Counted from the first letter of the stretch, positions 9,794-18,861 are shown. The stretch: DNA of 64,000 bases from Candidatus Bathyarchaeota archaeon (GCA_963832745.1 CAWHVC010000002.1:352001-416000), one strand, 5' to 3'. A program made the numbers and translations. Notes: generated from the letters alone by a model not told the origin.

Positions 9794-10960
9794 ATGAAAC
9801 TTCAAAGACTTCTCGCCCTAACAAAGAAAGAACTCCTGAAAACAATTCGAGAACCAGCCGTCTTGTTCATGATTTTCCTGTTCCCCATCATATTCGTATT
9901 TGCCTTCGGCGCATCGTTTGGCGGCGGCTTCGGAGGTCAACAAAGCGTCACTTATCAAATCGGCGTCGTCAACCTTGACACTTCAGGTAATCAGCAGTGG
10001 TCAAACACTTTCACAAGCACACTTTCAAACATGTCAATCATAAACCTGAGCATTTACAGCGACAATCAAACAGCACAAGCAGACCTAAGTCAAGGAAAAA
10101 TGCAAGCCCTAATAGTCATCCCAGCGGAGTTTAGCCAAAGCATAACATCCTACTACACACAACCAAACAATCCAGCCGCTTGGACCAACACCACCCTGCC
10201 ACTGTACCTTGACAAAGGCTCCATGATAGCTACGCAAGCAGTTCCCCCAATCATCCAGCAAATCATAAACGGCATGACAAACCAGCAAGCACAAACACCA
10301 CAAAGCCCAATCCAACTGCAAACCGCCCAACTCGTAGAAGTAACCCAGCAGTCATCAGCACTTGACTTCATAGCACCCGGAATGTTCACGTTCGCCTCAA
10401 TATTCCTCATCATGATGGTTGCCCAATCCTTCACCCAAGACCGCGAAAACGGCATGATGAAACGCATCCGCATAACCCCCACTTCACCCACAGAATTCAT
10501 GGGCGCCCAAGTAGTTTCCTACATGGTAATTGCACTCATCCAAGCAGCCTTAGTATTCCTGATGGTTTACGTAATGGGCTTTAAACCAAACGTCGGCATA
10601 GACTCATACAGTTTCGCATTCATCCTTGTACTGGTCTTCAGCTTATCCAACGTGGGCTTCGGATTAATCACCGCAACCATCGCCAAAACTTCAAGCGCAG
10701 CAACGGGCTTAAGCTTCCTATTCGTGCTCCCACAACTGTTCCTTGGAACATTCGTTGGCAACTCGCTTTCAGGCGCTGCACAAACCGTAGGCAAATTCGT
10801 TCCCAGCTACTACGTCACAGACGCCCTGACCTCGCTGTTCCTAAGAGGCGCCGCAGTATCAAGCGTGACAATCCTGCTTGACTTCACCGTGATTGCGGCA
10901 TCCTGTATCGGCATCCTTGCAGTCGGCATAGTGCTGTATGCAAGATACTACAAAATCTAA
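9794..10960 (+). CDS. ABC-2 transporter permease
   Basis: N-terminal TM, extracellular loop, DRENGMMKRIRITP, five C-terminal TMs. Confidence 0.9.
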   Translation: MKLQRLLALTKKELLKTIREPAVLFMIFLFPIIFVFAFGASFGGGFGGQQSVTYQIGVVNLDTSGNQQWSNTFTSTLSNMSIINLSIYSDNQTAQADLSQGKMQALIVIPAEFSQSITSYYTQPNNPAAWTNTTLPLYLDKGSMIATQAVPPIIQQIINGMTNQQAQTPQSPIQLQTAQLVEVTQQSSALDFIAPGMFTFASIFLIMMVAQSFTQDRENGMMKRIRITPTSPTEFMGAQVVSYMVIALIQAALVFLMVYVMGFKPNVGIDSYSFAFILVLVFSLSNVGFGLITATIAKTSSAATGLSFLFVLPQLFLGTFVGNSLSGAAQTVGKFVPSYYVTDALTSLFLRGAAVSSVTILLDFTVIAASCIGILAVGIVLYARYYKI

Positions 10961-10977
10961 GAGTGCTATGATGAAAA

Positions 10978-11349
10978 ATGACAAACTCCAAAGTAGACAC
11001 AAACAACCTCAAAAAAATGGCACAAGCCTCAGAGGACAAAGAGGCATACCAACTGATAGCTAAAACTGAGCGGTACCGAGTAGGCGTCGGCGCACGCTTA
11101 CCTCAGCCTGCTCAAACTCTCATCTTCTTTGTCGAAATCCTGCTAACCTTGTGTCCAACATGCACCAAAGCAGACTTAACGTTTCTTCAACACGCCTTAA
11201 ACATTTTAAACGTGCTGGAACAGAACGGGTACACGTTAACCTGCCAAGACGACAACAGTATCCTCTGTGAAAAACTATCTATAGAGAAAACGTTGCAGGA
11301 AGACTTTGAAACGGTAAAAGCTATAATTGAGAAAGAACTGGAACATTAG
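10978..11349 (+). CDS. Hypothetical protein
   Basis: 123-aa ORF directly after the ABC operon. Confidence 0.65.
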   Translation: MTNSKVDTNNLKKMAQASEDKEAYQLIAKTERYRVGVGARLPQPAQTLIFFVEILLTLCPTCTKADLTFLQHALNILNVLEQNGYTLTCQDDNSILCEKLSIEKTLQEDFETVKAIIEKELEH

Positions 11350-11487
11350 CTTAAATATTCTTTATTTTTTATTTAGTCATTAGTTGTTTAAAATAAAAGC
11401 AATAAACAGCAACTTGTTTAACCGCAAAATTGTGTCATACTTAAATAGCCTTTCTTGTTATTCGTTTAAACGGAGGCTAAACAGAAA

Positions 11488-11751
11488 GTGCCTGCTATAG
11501 AAGTCGGAAGAATATGCTTTAAACAAGCCGGTCGAGAACAAGGCAAAAAATGTGTCGTAATAGATGTAATGGACAAAAGCTTCATCCTCGTAACCGGACC
11601 AAAAAAATTAACCGGAATCAAAAGACGAAGAGTTAACCTAAACCACGTTTCACCCCTCGAAGATAAAATCGAAATCAAACGAGGTGCCTCAGACGAGGAA
11701 GTAACTCAAGCCTTAGAAGCCGCCGGCAAAACAGAGTTAATGAAAGCTTAA
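11488..11751 (+). CDS. rpl14e: 50S ribosomal protein L14e
   Basis: IEVGRIC.KQAGRE.GKKCVVIDV...LVTGPK; GGAGG SD; precedes cbf5. Confidence 0.95.
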   Translation: MPAIEVGRICFKQAGREQGKKCVVIDVMDKSFILVTGPKKLTGIKRRRVNLNHVSPLEDKIEIKRGASDEEVTQALEAAGKTELMKA

Positions 11752-11821
11752 CTTTTAAGTTCAAACTTTAATTACCACAACTACATCTTTTTCTTTTAAC
11801 CTAAGGAGCAATACAACTTCA

Positions 11822-12841
11822 ATGCCACGAACCAGCCCTCCATGGGAAACTAAACGTGAAACCTTGGTAAAAACAGAGGACATCACTAACCCAAAATATG
11901 GTTACAAACCCTCTGAAAGACCAGCAAAAGAATACATCCAATACGGCGTCATAAATCTTGACAAGCCCGCTGGACCAACAAGTCACGAAGTAGCTGCATG
12001 GACAAAAAAAATCTTGAAACTCTCAGTAATCGGTCACGGTGGAACTTTAGACCCCCAAGTAACTGGTGTTTTGCCCGTTACTTTAGAGGAATCTACGAAG
12101 ATTGTTCAAGCACTGCTTCATACAGGTAAAGAATACATTTGTGTTATGAAACTTCACGGCGACACCCGGGAAGATCAGGTTCGTCGAGTGCTTGGGGAAT
12201 TTGAAGATTTAATTTATCAACGTCCGCCTTTGCGGTCTTCGGTTAAGCGTCAAATTCGTACCAGACGGATTTACTACAATGAATTCATTGAGATGGATGG
12301 ACGCAATGTTCTTTTTAAGGTGGGTTGTGAAGGTGGAACATACATCCGTAAGCTCTGTTATGACATGGGCGAGATCTTGGGTGTTGGTGCGCATATGCAG
12401 GAGCTTCGTCGTTCACGGGCGGGTCCTTTTACTGAGAATAGTTCGACTCATGTGACTTTGCATGATATTGCTTACTGGTTTGGTGAATACCAGACAAAAA
12501 AGGATTCTGCAATTTTGCACAAGTTTATTCAACCGATGGAGTCGGCGCTTGATTTGATTCCGAAAATTACTGTTCGGGATTCGGCTGTTGATGCGTTGTG
12601 TCATGGTGCAAGTTTGACTGCTCCGGGTGTGGTTACGGTTGATTCGGGTATTGTGAAGGATAGTTTGGTTGCGGTGTTGACGCTTAAAGGTGAAGCGGTT
12701 ACGTTGTCTAAAGCTGCTGAACCGACGGAGCAGATTCTTGAGCTTAAGCACGGTATTGTTGCTACCTCTGAACGTGTGTTAATGCCCAGGGGGACTTACC
12801 CGAAGGTTTGGAAGTCCGGTAAGGAAAATGACAAAGAATAA
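11822..12841 (+). CDS. cbf5: H/ACA RNA-guided pseudouridine synthase Cbf5
   Basis: INLDKPAGPTSHEV, GHGGTLDP, GTYIRKLC, C-terminal PUA domain. Confidence 0.97.
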   Translation: MPRTSPPWETKRETLVKTEDITNPKYGYKPSERPAKEYIQYGVINLDKPAGPTSHEVAAWTKKILKLSVIGHGGTLDPQVTGVLPVTLEESTKIVQALLHTGKEYICVMKLHGDTREDQVRRVLGEFEDLIYQRPPLRSSVKRQIRTRRIYYNEFIEMDGRNVLFKVGCEGGTYIRKLCYDMGEILGVGAHMQELRRSRAGPFTENSSTHVTLHDIAYWFGEYQTKKDSAILHKFIQPMESALDLIPKITVRDSAVDALCHGASLTAPGVVTVDSGIVKDSLVAVLTLKGEAVTLSKAAEPTEQILELKHGIVATSERVLMPRGTYPKVWKSGKENDKE

Positions 12842-13466
12842 AAGAGTACCTGCTGAACACTATTTTTCTTCTTCCCCAAAATCTAACGCAAACTATGGGT
12901 TGGTGCGGGCGAGTTTGTGTGGCAGGGTTTTTGAGTTTGTTACTGCTTCAAGCGTTTTTTCTAAACGGCGGGTTGATACGGGGACTCAGTTGCTTATTGA
13001 ATCGATGGTTCTTCCGGAGTTTGGTGCGTTGTTGGATATTGGTTGTGGTTATGGGGCGGTTGGTATTGCTGCGGCAGCGTTTAATCGTAACTTGCAGGTT
13101 TGTATGACGGATGTGAACGCGCGGGCGGTTGCTTTGGCGAAGAAGAATGTTGAGCGTAACCGTGTTTTTAATGCGCAGGTGCGTTATGGTTGTTTGTATG
13201 AGCCTGTTTTGGGTTTGAGGTTTGATTGTGTGTTGTCTAATCCGCCGGTGAGTGCGGGTATGGATGTTGTTAAAGCGATTATTACTGGGGCGCCCCATGT
13301 TATGCGGGTTGGCGGGGTTTTTGAGATGGTTATTCGGTCTAAGATTGGTGCGAAGTTGTTGCCGGCATTGTTTACTGAAACTTTTGGTAACTGTTTGGTT
13401 GTGGCGAGGGGGAGTGGTTTTAGGGTGTTGTTGGGTAAATGTGTTTGTGAAGATGTGGTGCGGTGA
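12828..13466 (+). CDS. Class I SAM-dependent methyltransferase (RsmC/MTS-like)
   Basis: EHYFS, VFSKRRVDTGT, LDIGCGYG, SNPP. Confidence 0.9.
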   Translation: MTKNKRVPAEHYFSSSPKSNANYGLVRASLCGRVFEFVTASSVFSKRRVDTGTQLLIESMVLPEFGALLDIGCGYGAVGIAAAAFNRNLQVCMTDVNARAVALAKKNVERNRVFNAQVRYGCLYEPVLGLRFDCVLSNPPVSAGMDVVKAIITGAPHVMRVGGVFEMVIRSKIGAKLLPALFTETFGNCLVVARGSGFRVLLGKCVCEDVVR

Positions 13467-13531
13467 CGCCTTTTGTCTGCCAAGAGCTTATTTTGTAGCT
13501 GACAATTTTAGAGTAGCAAGGGAAAGGAAAA

Positions 13532-13750
13532 ATGTCGGACGATAACAAAAGAGAAAGAATCACCATCCGCTTAACCAAACGCTACCTCGACCTTCTAAAC
13601 ACCTTAATTGAAAAAGGTGTCTATAACAGCCGCAATGAAGCTATCCGCGATGCCTTGCGAATAATGTACGAGTATCATGGGTTGAAAGTTGCTCCTGAAA
13701 AGAAGGGTGTAGTTAAAGTTAAAGATGAAGTGGATGAAGAAGTAGAGTAA
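13532..13750 (+). CDS. Ribbon-helix-helix (CopG/Arc) protein
   Basis: ITIRLTKRYLDLLNTLIEKGVYNSRNEAIRDALR. Confidence 0.9.
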   Translation: MSDDNKRERITIRLTKRYLDLLNTLIEKGVYNSRNEAIRDALRIMYEYHGLKVAPEKKGVVKVKDEVDEEVE

Positions 13751-13757
13751 ACCCATA

Positions 13758-13949
13758 TTATGCGTTTATTGTGATTTTTTTTGTTTCTGGTTCTTCGGTT
13801 ACTATTTGGATTTGGTAGTGTTTGAATAGGCGTCGTAGGGCGTCTTTGATGATTTCTGTTTGGTTTTCGTATAGGCCGTCTTTTATTAGTTGGTTCATGC
13901 CGGATTGGTAGGGGTTGGCTGTTTTGTTGTAGGGGTGTTTTTTGGGCAT
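13758..13949 (-). CDS. RHH-like protein with degenerate beta-strand
   Basis: MNQLIKDGLYENQTEIIKDALRRLF resembles the helices of the convergent RHH. Confidence 0.65.
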   Translation of the reverse strand: MPKKHPYNKTANPYQSGMNQLIKDGLYENQTEIIKDALRRLFKHYQIQIVTEEPETKKITINA

Positions 13950-14085
13950 TTTGTTTTTCGCCTGTTGTTTGTTTGGTGTTTGGGTTTTTAAGATTTAATC
14001 GGGCTGCGGATATGTCTTGTTCTGAATCAAACCTCAATACGGCGGATTCAAATAACTTAAAAACTAAAACAAACATTTTTCAGCC

Positions 14086-14427
14086 GTGAAAAAAATGGCC
14101 ATTTACATGTTAGAAAAATATGTCATAAAATCCGATAAACTCGCAGAATTCAGCCAATATACCAAAAAATACCTCAAATGGCTCGAAACCAGGCGCCCAA
14201 CCCTTTACAAAGAAGTCAAAAGCCACCAGATGCTAAGCCAAATGTTCGGTGACCACTACTGCCAACAACTGGAAATCTGGGAATACGACAGCCTCGCTGA
14301 CCTCGAGAAAACTTGGGGACGCTTGATGGAAGATAAAGAGTTGAATGCTGAAGTTTTTCCAGAGTTTGCCAGCTTTATGGTGCCGGGCAGTCACAAAATC
14401 GAAATCTGGGGACAAGTCACCCAGTAA
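14086..14427 (+). CDS. NIPSNAP-like dimeric alpha-beta barrel protein
   Basis: IWEYDSLADLEK motif; ~110 aa. Confidence 0.7.
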   Translation: MKKMAIYMLEKYVIKSDKLAEFSQYTKKYLKWLETRRPTLYKEVKSHQMLSQMFGDHYCQQLEIWEYDSLADLEKTWGRLMEDKELNAEVFPEFASFMVPGSHKIEIWGQVTQ

Positions 14428-14441
14428 GGGCAAACTACTGA

Positions 14442-14664
14442 TTTTCAACATACTTTTGGCGTTTTTCAGCGCAATAGCACCTACCCCCCTTAGAGATTTC
14501 TGTGAAAAGTTAAGCAGCAGAAAAGCAGTGAACAGCAAAATGCAGTCGGGCACTAGCATGGCCCATTAAACGGACATTTCCCGCCCACCCAAACACGCCC
14601 AACCAGCCCATATAAGCAATTTTGGCATTCAAAAAACCGATTTAAAAAAGCACAATTAAAAACA
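14442..14664. repeat. Copy A of a conserved ~230-bp intergenic element (possible ncRNA, sORF or MGE end)
   Basis: Colinear with 35819-36055; core 14525-14570 matches 35901-35946 at 42/46 nt. Confidence 0.85.
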
Positions 14665-14677
14665 ATCAAAGCCTCGT

Positions 14678-14992
14678 TTAAGACAGGAGGGCATCCATTT
14701 GGAGCGCTAACTCTGCAATTTTCTTGCCTTTTTCTGTTAGGGCATGGAACAGGCTTGGCATGGGGTTGCTGCCGACTCGTTTCTTTTCCCGTTCTACTAA
14801 ACCTAATGCTATGCAGATGTCTACGGCTGTTTCTACTGTTCGGCGACCAAGGTTATAGCGTTCTTTCATTTGTTGGGTGAGTTCTGCATGTATGAGTGGG
14901 TGTTTTGTTTGGTAAAGTGTGATTAGTAAGCGCATTGATGCTTGGGATTCTTCTAGTTTGCCGATTGATGACATGTTTCTTCTAATTGCCAA
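14678..14992 (-). CDS. Winged helix-turn-helix regulator (HxlR/MarR-like), module A
   Basis: SMRLLITLY...LGRRTVETAVDICIALGLVER...HALTEKGKKIAE. Confidence 0.8.
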   Translation of the reverse strand: MAIRRNMSSIGKLEESQASMRLLITLYQTKHPLIHAELTQQMKERYNLGRRTVETAVDICIALGLVEREKKRVGSNPMPSLFHALTEKGKKIAELALQMDALLS

Positions 14993-15099
14993 TTGTTAGC
15001 AATTGTATATTTATTTTTATGTGGCAGTTGTTAACTGGTGACAATAGTTATTTAAGTTAGTTGTTGCTAACTGTTAACACATTACAGGTGTATTGGATA

Positions 15100-15532
15100 A
15101 TGAGCACCGAGCTACCTGAAGAACTAAAAACAATTTACTCCAAACAAGCACGTAAAAATCTCCCACAATATCGAGCGTTTAAAAATTATGGCAGCATTGA
15201 AACTGTGGAACGACCGCGGCTACCGCGACATACAATTCGACGTGCCCATAACATGCAGCGGAAAAACAGTATATGTAAAAGTCCTAACAAAAAACGAGGA
15301 AGGCATGAATATTGTGATTGAGTGTGCCTCAGTTGTCAAGCCAAAACGATTCCGTGCTCGAATTGCGCACCTGCGGAACTGTTTGACAAACAGCTACATC
15401 ATTGCAGTTTTTCCATCAACCGCAGGCGAAAAAGTTGAAAAAGCCGCCGAACTCACAGACGAGCTATGGGTAACAGGAAAAAACGGTAAAATCGAACAAA
15501 TGATGTTCATGTCAACTTTTTACAAAGGATGA
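15100..15532 (+). pseudogene. PD-(D/E)XK-like fold protein, module A, with one extra A at ~15181-15185
   Basis: MSTELPEELKT...YRAFK joins IMAALKLWNDRGYRDI if one A is removed from TTTAAAAATT; the result aligns without gaps to the paralog at 37463. Confidence 0.75.
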
Positions 15533-15573
15533 ATTTGTGTGTCTATGTAACAATCGATTTGAACACGGTTCTG

Positions 15574-15766
15574 CAAGTCTGTTGAAATGAAAAATCACCT
15601 ATGTGAGAAGACGCTGGAATTTACAAGGATTTAGGAAGCGCCTCTGCCCCACAAATACAAGAAATTTTTTAACAATTAACCGTATGATGAATTTTTTGTG
15701 TTTTTATAGGGAATGCTGACGAATAATCTATTCGTATATGATTCTCCAAGTCTGTTGAAATGAAAA
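15574..15766 (+). repeat. Exact 20-bp direct repeat CAAGTCTGTTGAAATGAAAA (15574-15593, 15747-15766) in an AT-rich intergenic region
   Basis: Read directly; each copy is followed by a shared AAATTTTT-(T/GT)AA(C/T)AATTAAC..GTATG motif. Confidence 0.85.
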
Positions 15767-16256
15767 CTTTATTGAGATACTGATCACAAATTTTTGTAAT
15801 AATTAACATGTATGTGAATACTTTCTTTTATTTCCAGATATAGTTATATGTCTTTATTTTTAAAACGTTTCTTTATTTGAGAGGTACATTTTTTTTCTGT
15901 TTTGATTTTCTCCGTTTATGTGTTTTATCTGTTATAAAAAATAAGTAAGAATTGTTGTAGATAAATGGTGAGACTATTCCTACTTCACGATGATTAAATC
16001 TTTAAACTAAATGGAGAAAAAGATTTTTTTGGTCGCTTCACAGGCACTCCTCACCAAAATTTATTCGGCTGAATAAGCTTTTAACACTTTGTTGGTAGGA
16101 CAAAGTACAACATTCACGGGCTCTTTTATTTCCAGAAATAATTCTGATGGCTTGCTTTTTAAAAACTCAGCCAAAATTGAGGGTATCTGTTTTTTCTCTG
16201 TCTTGGATTTCTCCGTTCATGCGTTCCATCTTGTTATGGCTAACTTAGTAAACTTT

Positions 16257-16619
16257 TTAGATTTTTCCTTTTGGCCCTTTCCATTTCTCTGCTTGTTTTA
16301 GAAATTCTTCGTAGCCGTTTTGTTTGATGTATTCAAGTTGTTTTTGGTATTGTTTGTATTTTGAGCCGTTCTTCCCATAAAATTTGTTTGTTAGTTGACA
16401 GGGATAGTCTGGGCAGTCGGCGCAGGTTTCGAGTTTGTGTTTGGCAAAGCAGCAGATTTTGATTTCGCATTTGGCTTTGCTGATGTCTCGTTGCCCGTTG
16501 TCGTAGCCGAGTTTGCAGCCAAGGCATGTGCGTTCGTTGGGGTATTTTGATTTTTGCCATTGTATGCAGGTTTTGCAGTAGGTGCCGCAGCAACCAATTT
16601 CCCTAACCGCCAACGCCAA
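16257..16619 (-). CDS. DUF3795 family Cys-rich protein
   Basis: GCCGTYCKTC, CLGCK, CEIKICC, TCADCPDYPC. Confidence 0.85.
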   Translation of the reverse strand: MALAVREIGCCGTYCKTCIQWQKSKYPNERTCLGCKLGYDNGQRDISKAKCEIKICCFAKHKLETCADCPDYPCQLTNKFYGKNGSKYKQYQKQLEYIKQNGYEEFLKQAEKWKGPKGKI

Positions 16620-16625
16620 ATCGCC

Positions 16626-17999
16626 TCAGGTCATGAATCTTTTCAGTGTTTCATACAGGACGCTTGTGCCAAACACCAAGTTGTCAATGGAGATTCGTTC
16701 GTCTATGCCGTGGTCTCGTTTGATGAATTTGCCGTTTACTGGAGGTTCGGTATGCATTGGATGGAAGCCATAACAGACGCTGCCTGCTTCACGGTAGGGT
16801 CTTGAGTCCGTGCCGCCGCAAGTCAAAGTTGGCGTGACACTGCAGTTTGGTTCAAACTCCTGCATAACCTCTGAGATTGTTTTGTACAGGGGTGTTTGTG
16901 TTGGTGATTCGGTGCCGTTGTGGACCTGCAAAAACTCAAATTCCAATCCCGTAAGCCCCGCCTCAGAGAGCAACCGTTTGACCAGCGCCAGCGTGTCCTC
17001 AACAGTCTGCCCCGGAAGGATACGGCAGTCAAAAGTGGCTTCGCAACTGCTGGGGATAATGTTGGCTTTTATGCCGCCACAGACCATAGTTGGCGTTAGT
17101 GTCATTTGGATTCTTGGGCGGATTTCCTCTGCGAGCGGTTCACCCTGTGTGGCTAACGTGTCAAGAATCTGCATGCTCCGTTCAGGATGCGCTAACAGTT
17201 CCGAGAAGGGCTGTCTAAGGTCGGGCGTTTTTTCTGCAATTTTTTCAAGATACGCTTTTACGGTTGGAATAAGAACGGTTTCTGGCTTGTAACCGCCCAG
17301 TTTTTCTATAGCCTTGTTGATTGGGGTGATGGCGTTAACCGCCGTGTTTGGCATGGAACCGTGCCCCGGCCTGCCCTTGGCTTTAAGCTTAAACCACATA
17401 ATCCCTTTTTCTGCCGTGTTGACGGTGAAGATGTTGCCGTTTTTTGTAGGCACAGAAAAGCCGCCGCCCTCGTTAATAACGTAATCAGCCATAAACTTCT
17501 CACGGTGATGCTCAAGCAGCCAGTTGGCGCCGTCAAAACCGCCTGTTTCCTCATCAGCCATAGCCGACAAAAGGATGTCGCCTTTGGGTTTTATGCCGTT
17601 GCGTTTGAGCAGTTTTAGGGTCATGACTTCGATGGCTGTCATGCCTTTCATATCAAGTGCGCCCCTACCATAGACAAAGTCGTCCTTGACTTCACCAGCA
17701 AACGGGGGAACGCTCCATTCATCAGGGTTAGCAGCAACCACGTCCAGATGAGAAAGCAGCAGCAGGCTTGGACCAGTACCGGCGCCTTTTAAGCGCGTAA
17801 TTAGGCTGCCTCTTTGAGGTTTTGATTCGATAATTTCGCATTCAAAACCTTCTTTCTGCAGGTATTCACGCAAAAAATTTGCTGCAAATGTTTCGTTTCC
17901 AGGTGGATTAGTTGTATCTATTCGGATAAGTTTTTGTAACAATTCGCAAACTTCGCTACGTATTTCCTGTATTAATTGAATAGGCATGATGTGGCTCAC
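16626..17999 (-). CDS. M20/M25/M40 family metallo-peptidase
   Basis: SHLDVV, GRGALDMKG, DEE, GGTDSR, HGIDERI. Confidence 0.95.
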   Translation of the reverse strand: MSHIMPIQLIQEIRSEVCELLQKLIRIDTTNPPGNETFAANFLREYLQKEGFECEIIESKPQRGSLITRLKGAGTGPSLLLLSHLDVVAANPDEWSVPPFAGEVKDDFVYGRGALDMKGMTAIEVMTLKLLKRNGIKPKGDILLSAMADEETGGFDGANWLLEHHREKFMADYVINEGGGFSVPTKNGNIFTVNTAEKGIMWFKLKAKGRPGHGSMPNTAVNAITPINKAIEKLGGYKPETVLIPTVKAYLEKIAEKTPDLRQPFSELLAHPERSMQILDTLATQGEPLAEEIRPRIQMTLTPTMVCGGIKANIIPSSCEATFDCRILPGQTVEDTLALVKRLLSEAGLTGLEFEFLQVHNGTESPTQTPLYKTISEVMQEFEPNCSVTPTLTCGGTDSRPYREAGSVCYGFHPMHTEPPVNGKFIKRDHGIDERISIDNLVFGTSVLYETLKRFMT

Positions 18000-18138
18000 T
18001 TGATTGAATTTAATATTATACTCCTCATAAGTCTTGTTGTTGTTATTTCCCTCAAAATAGTGGCATTTTCTTCAAAATAAAACGATGATGTTTATATACC
18101 ATGGCAAAAAATGCATAGGAATAATAAGATGATTTCCG

Positions 18139-18645
18139 ATGAAAGACTTAAAACCAATAGATTACAAGCTTCTCTTCGAGTTAATGAAGGACTCACACCG
18201 AAGCGACAGACAACTAGCTAAAGCTTTAGGCGTTTCACAGCCCACAGTAACAAGAAGACGAGCAATGCTTGAAGAAAACTTCATCGAAGGTTACACTGTT
18301 ATTCCGAAGTTTGGACAAATCGGATTCGAAATCGCAGCCTTCACCTTCCTTAAAAGCAAACTAAAACAGAAAACCGGTCAAGAAAAAGAAGACGCACTCA
18401 AACAGCTTAAGGAATGGTACCTTAAACAGCCAAACGTTATTCTGGTTTTGGATGGACGCGGAATGGGTTGGGATGCAGTGTGCATTTCACTTCACGAAAA
18501 CTACCCGAGCTTCTCAGAATTCATTCGGGCACATGATTCAGAATTGTCCGAGTGGGTAGTTGAAAGTCAAACGTTCAATTCAGACTTAAAATCCGGTATA
18601 GTCGTTAAACCGTTCCACCTAAAATATTTAGCCAGCTCAAAGTAA
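18139..18645 (+). CDS. Lrp/AsnC family transcriptional regulator
   Basis: RSDRQLAKALGVSQPTVTRRR HTH; TTTATATA at 18091. Confidence 0.9.
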   Translation: MKDLKPIDYKLLFELMKDSHRSDRQLAKALGVSQPTVTRRRAMLEENFIEGYTVIPKFGQIGFEIAAFTFLKSKLKQKTGQEKEDALKQLKEWYLKQPNVILVLDGRGMGWDAVCISLHENYPSFSEFIRAHDSELSEWVVESQTFNSDLKSGIVVKPFHLKYLASSK

Positions 18646-18861
18646 ACTGGCCTTAGCGCGGCTATCAAAACCGCATTATTTTATTTTTTTTAGAATTACG
18701 GTTACTTCTTTTTCAAAGCTTTCTTGAATATTTTCTTTTTAGGAAGCTTCGGTTTTCTTACTCTTTCCGCATCTACTGCCAAGGCTAATCAAACAATCTA
18801 TATTGCAAGCTACCGCTTTTAAATTTAAGTAAAAAATAAAACACAAAAACTAGTTGGCTAC

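Noticed and set aside
14233-14559. 108-aa minus-strand ORF as a full gene
   Set aside because: It overlaps the NIPSNAP-like gene in antisense; only its first ~27 codons are shared with element copy B
15178-15187. TTTAAAA as a programmed -1 frameshift site
   Set aside because: The join needs +1, the paralog is continuous here, and other homopolymer indels in the window point to error or mutation
15684-15719. ATGATGA...CTGA as a C/D box sRNA
   Set aside because: Too short, no internal D'/C' boxes, and the T-rich guide is implausible
15574-15766. Direct repeat as a CRISPR array
   Set aside because: Only two copies, 153-nt spacing, and no cas genes in the window
16089-16301. 70-aa plus-strand ORF
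   Set aside because: No SD or motif, overlaps the end of the DUF3795 gene, composition looks non-coding
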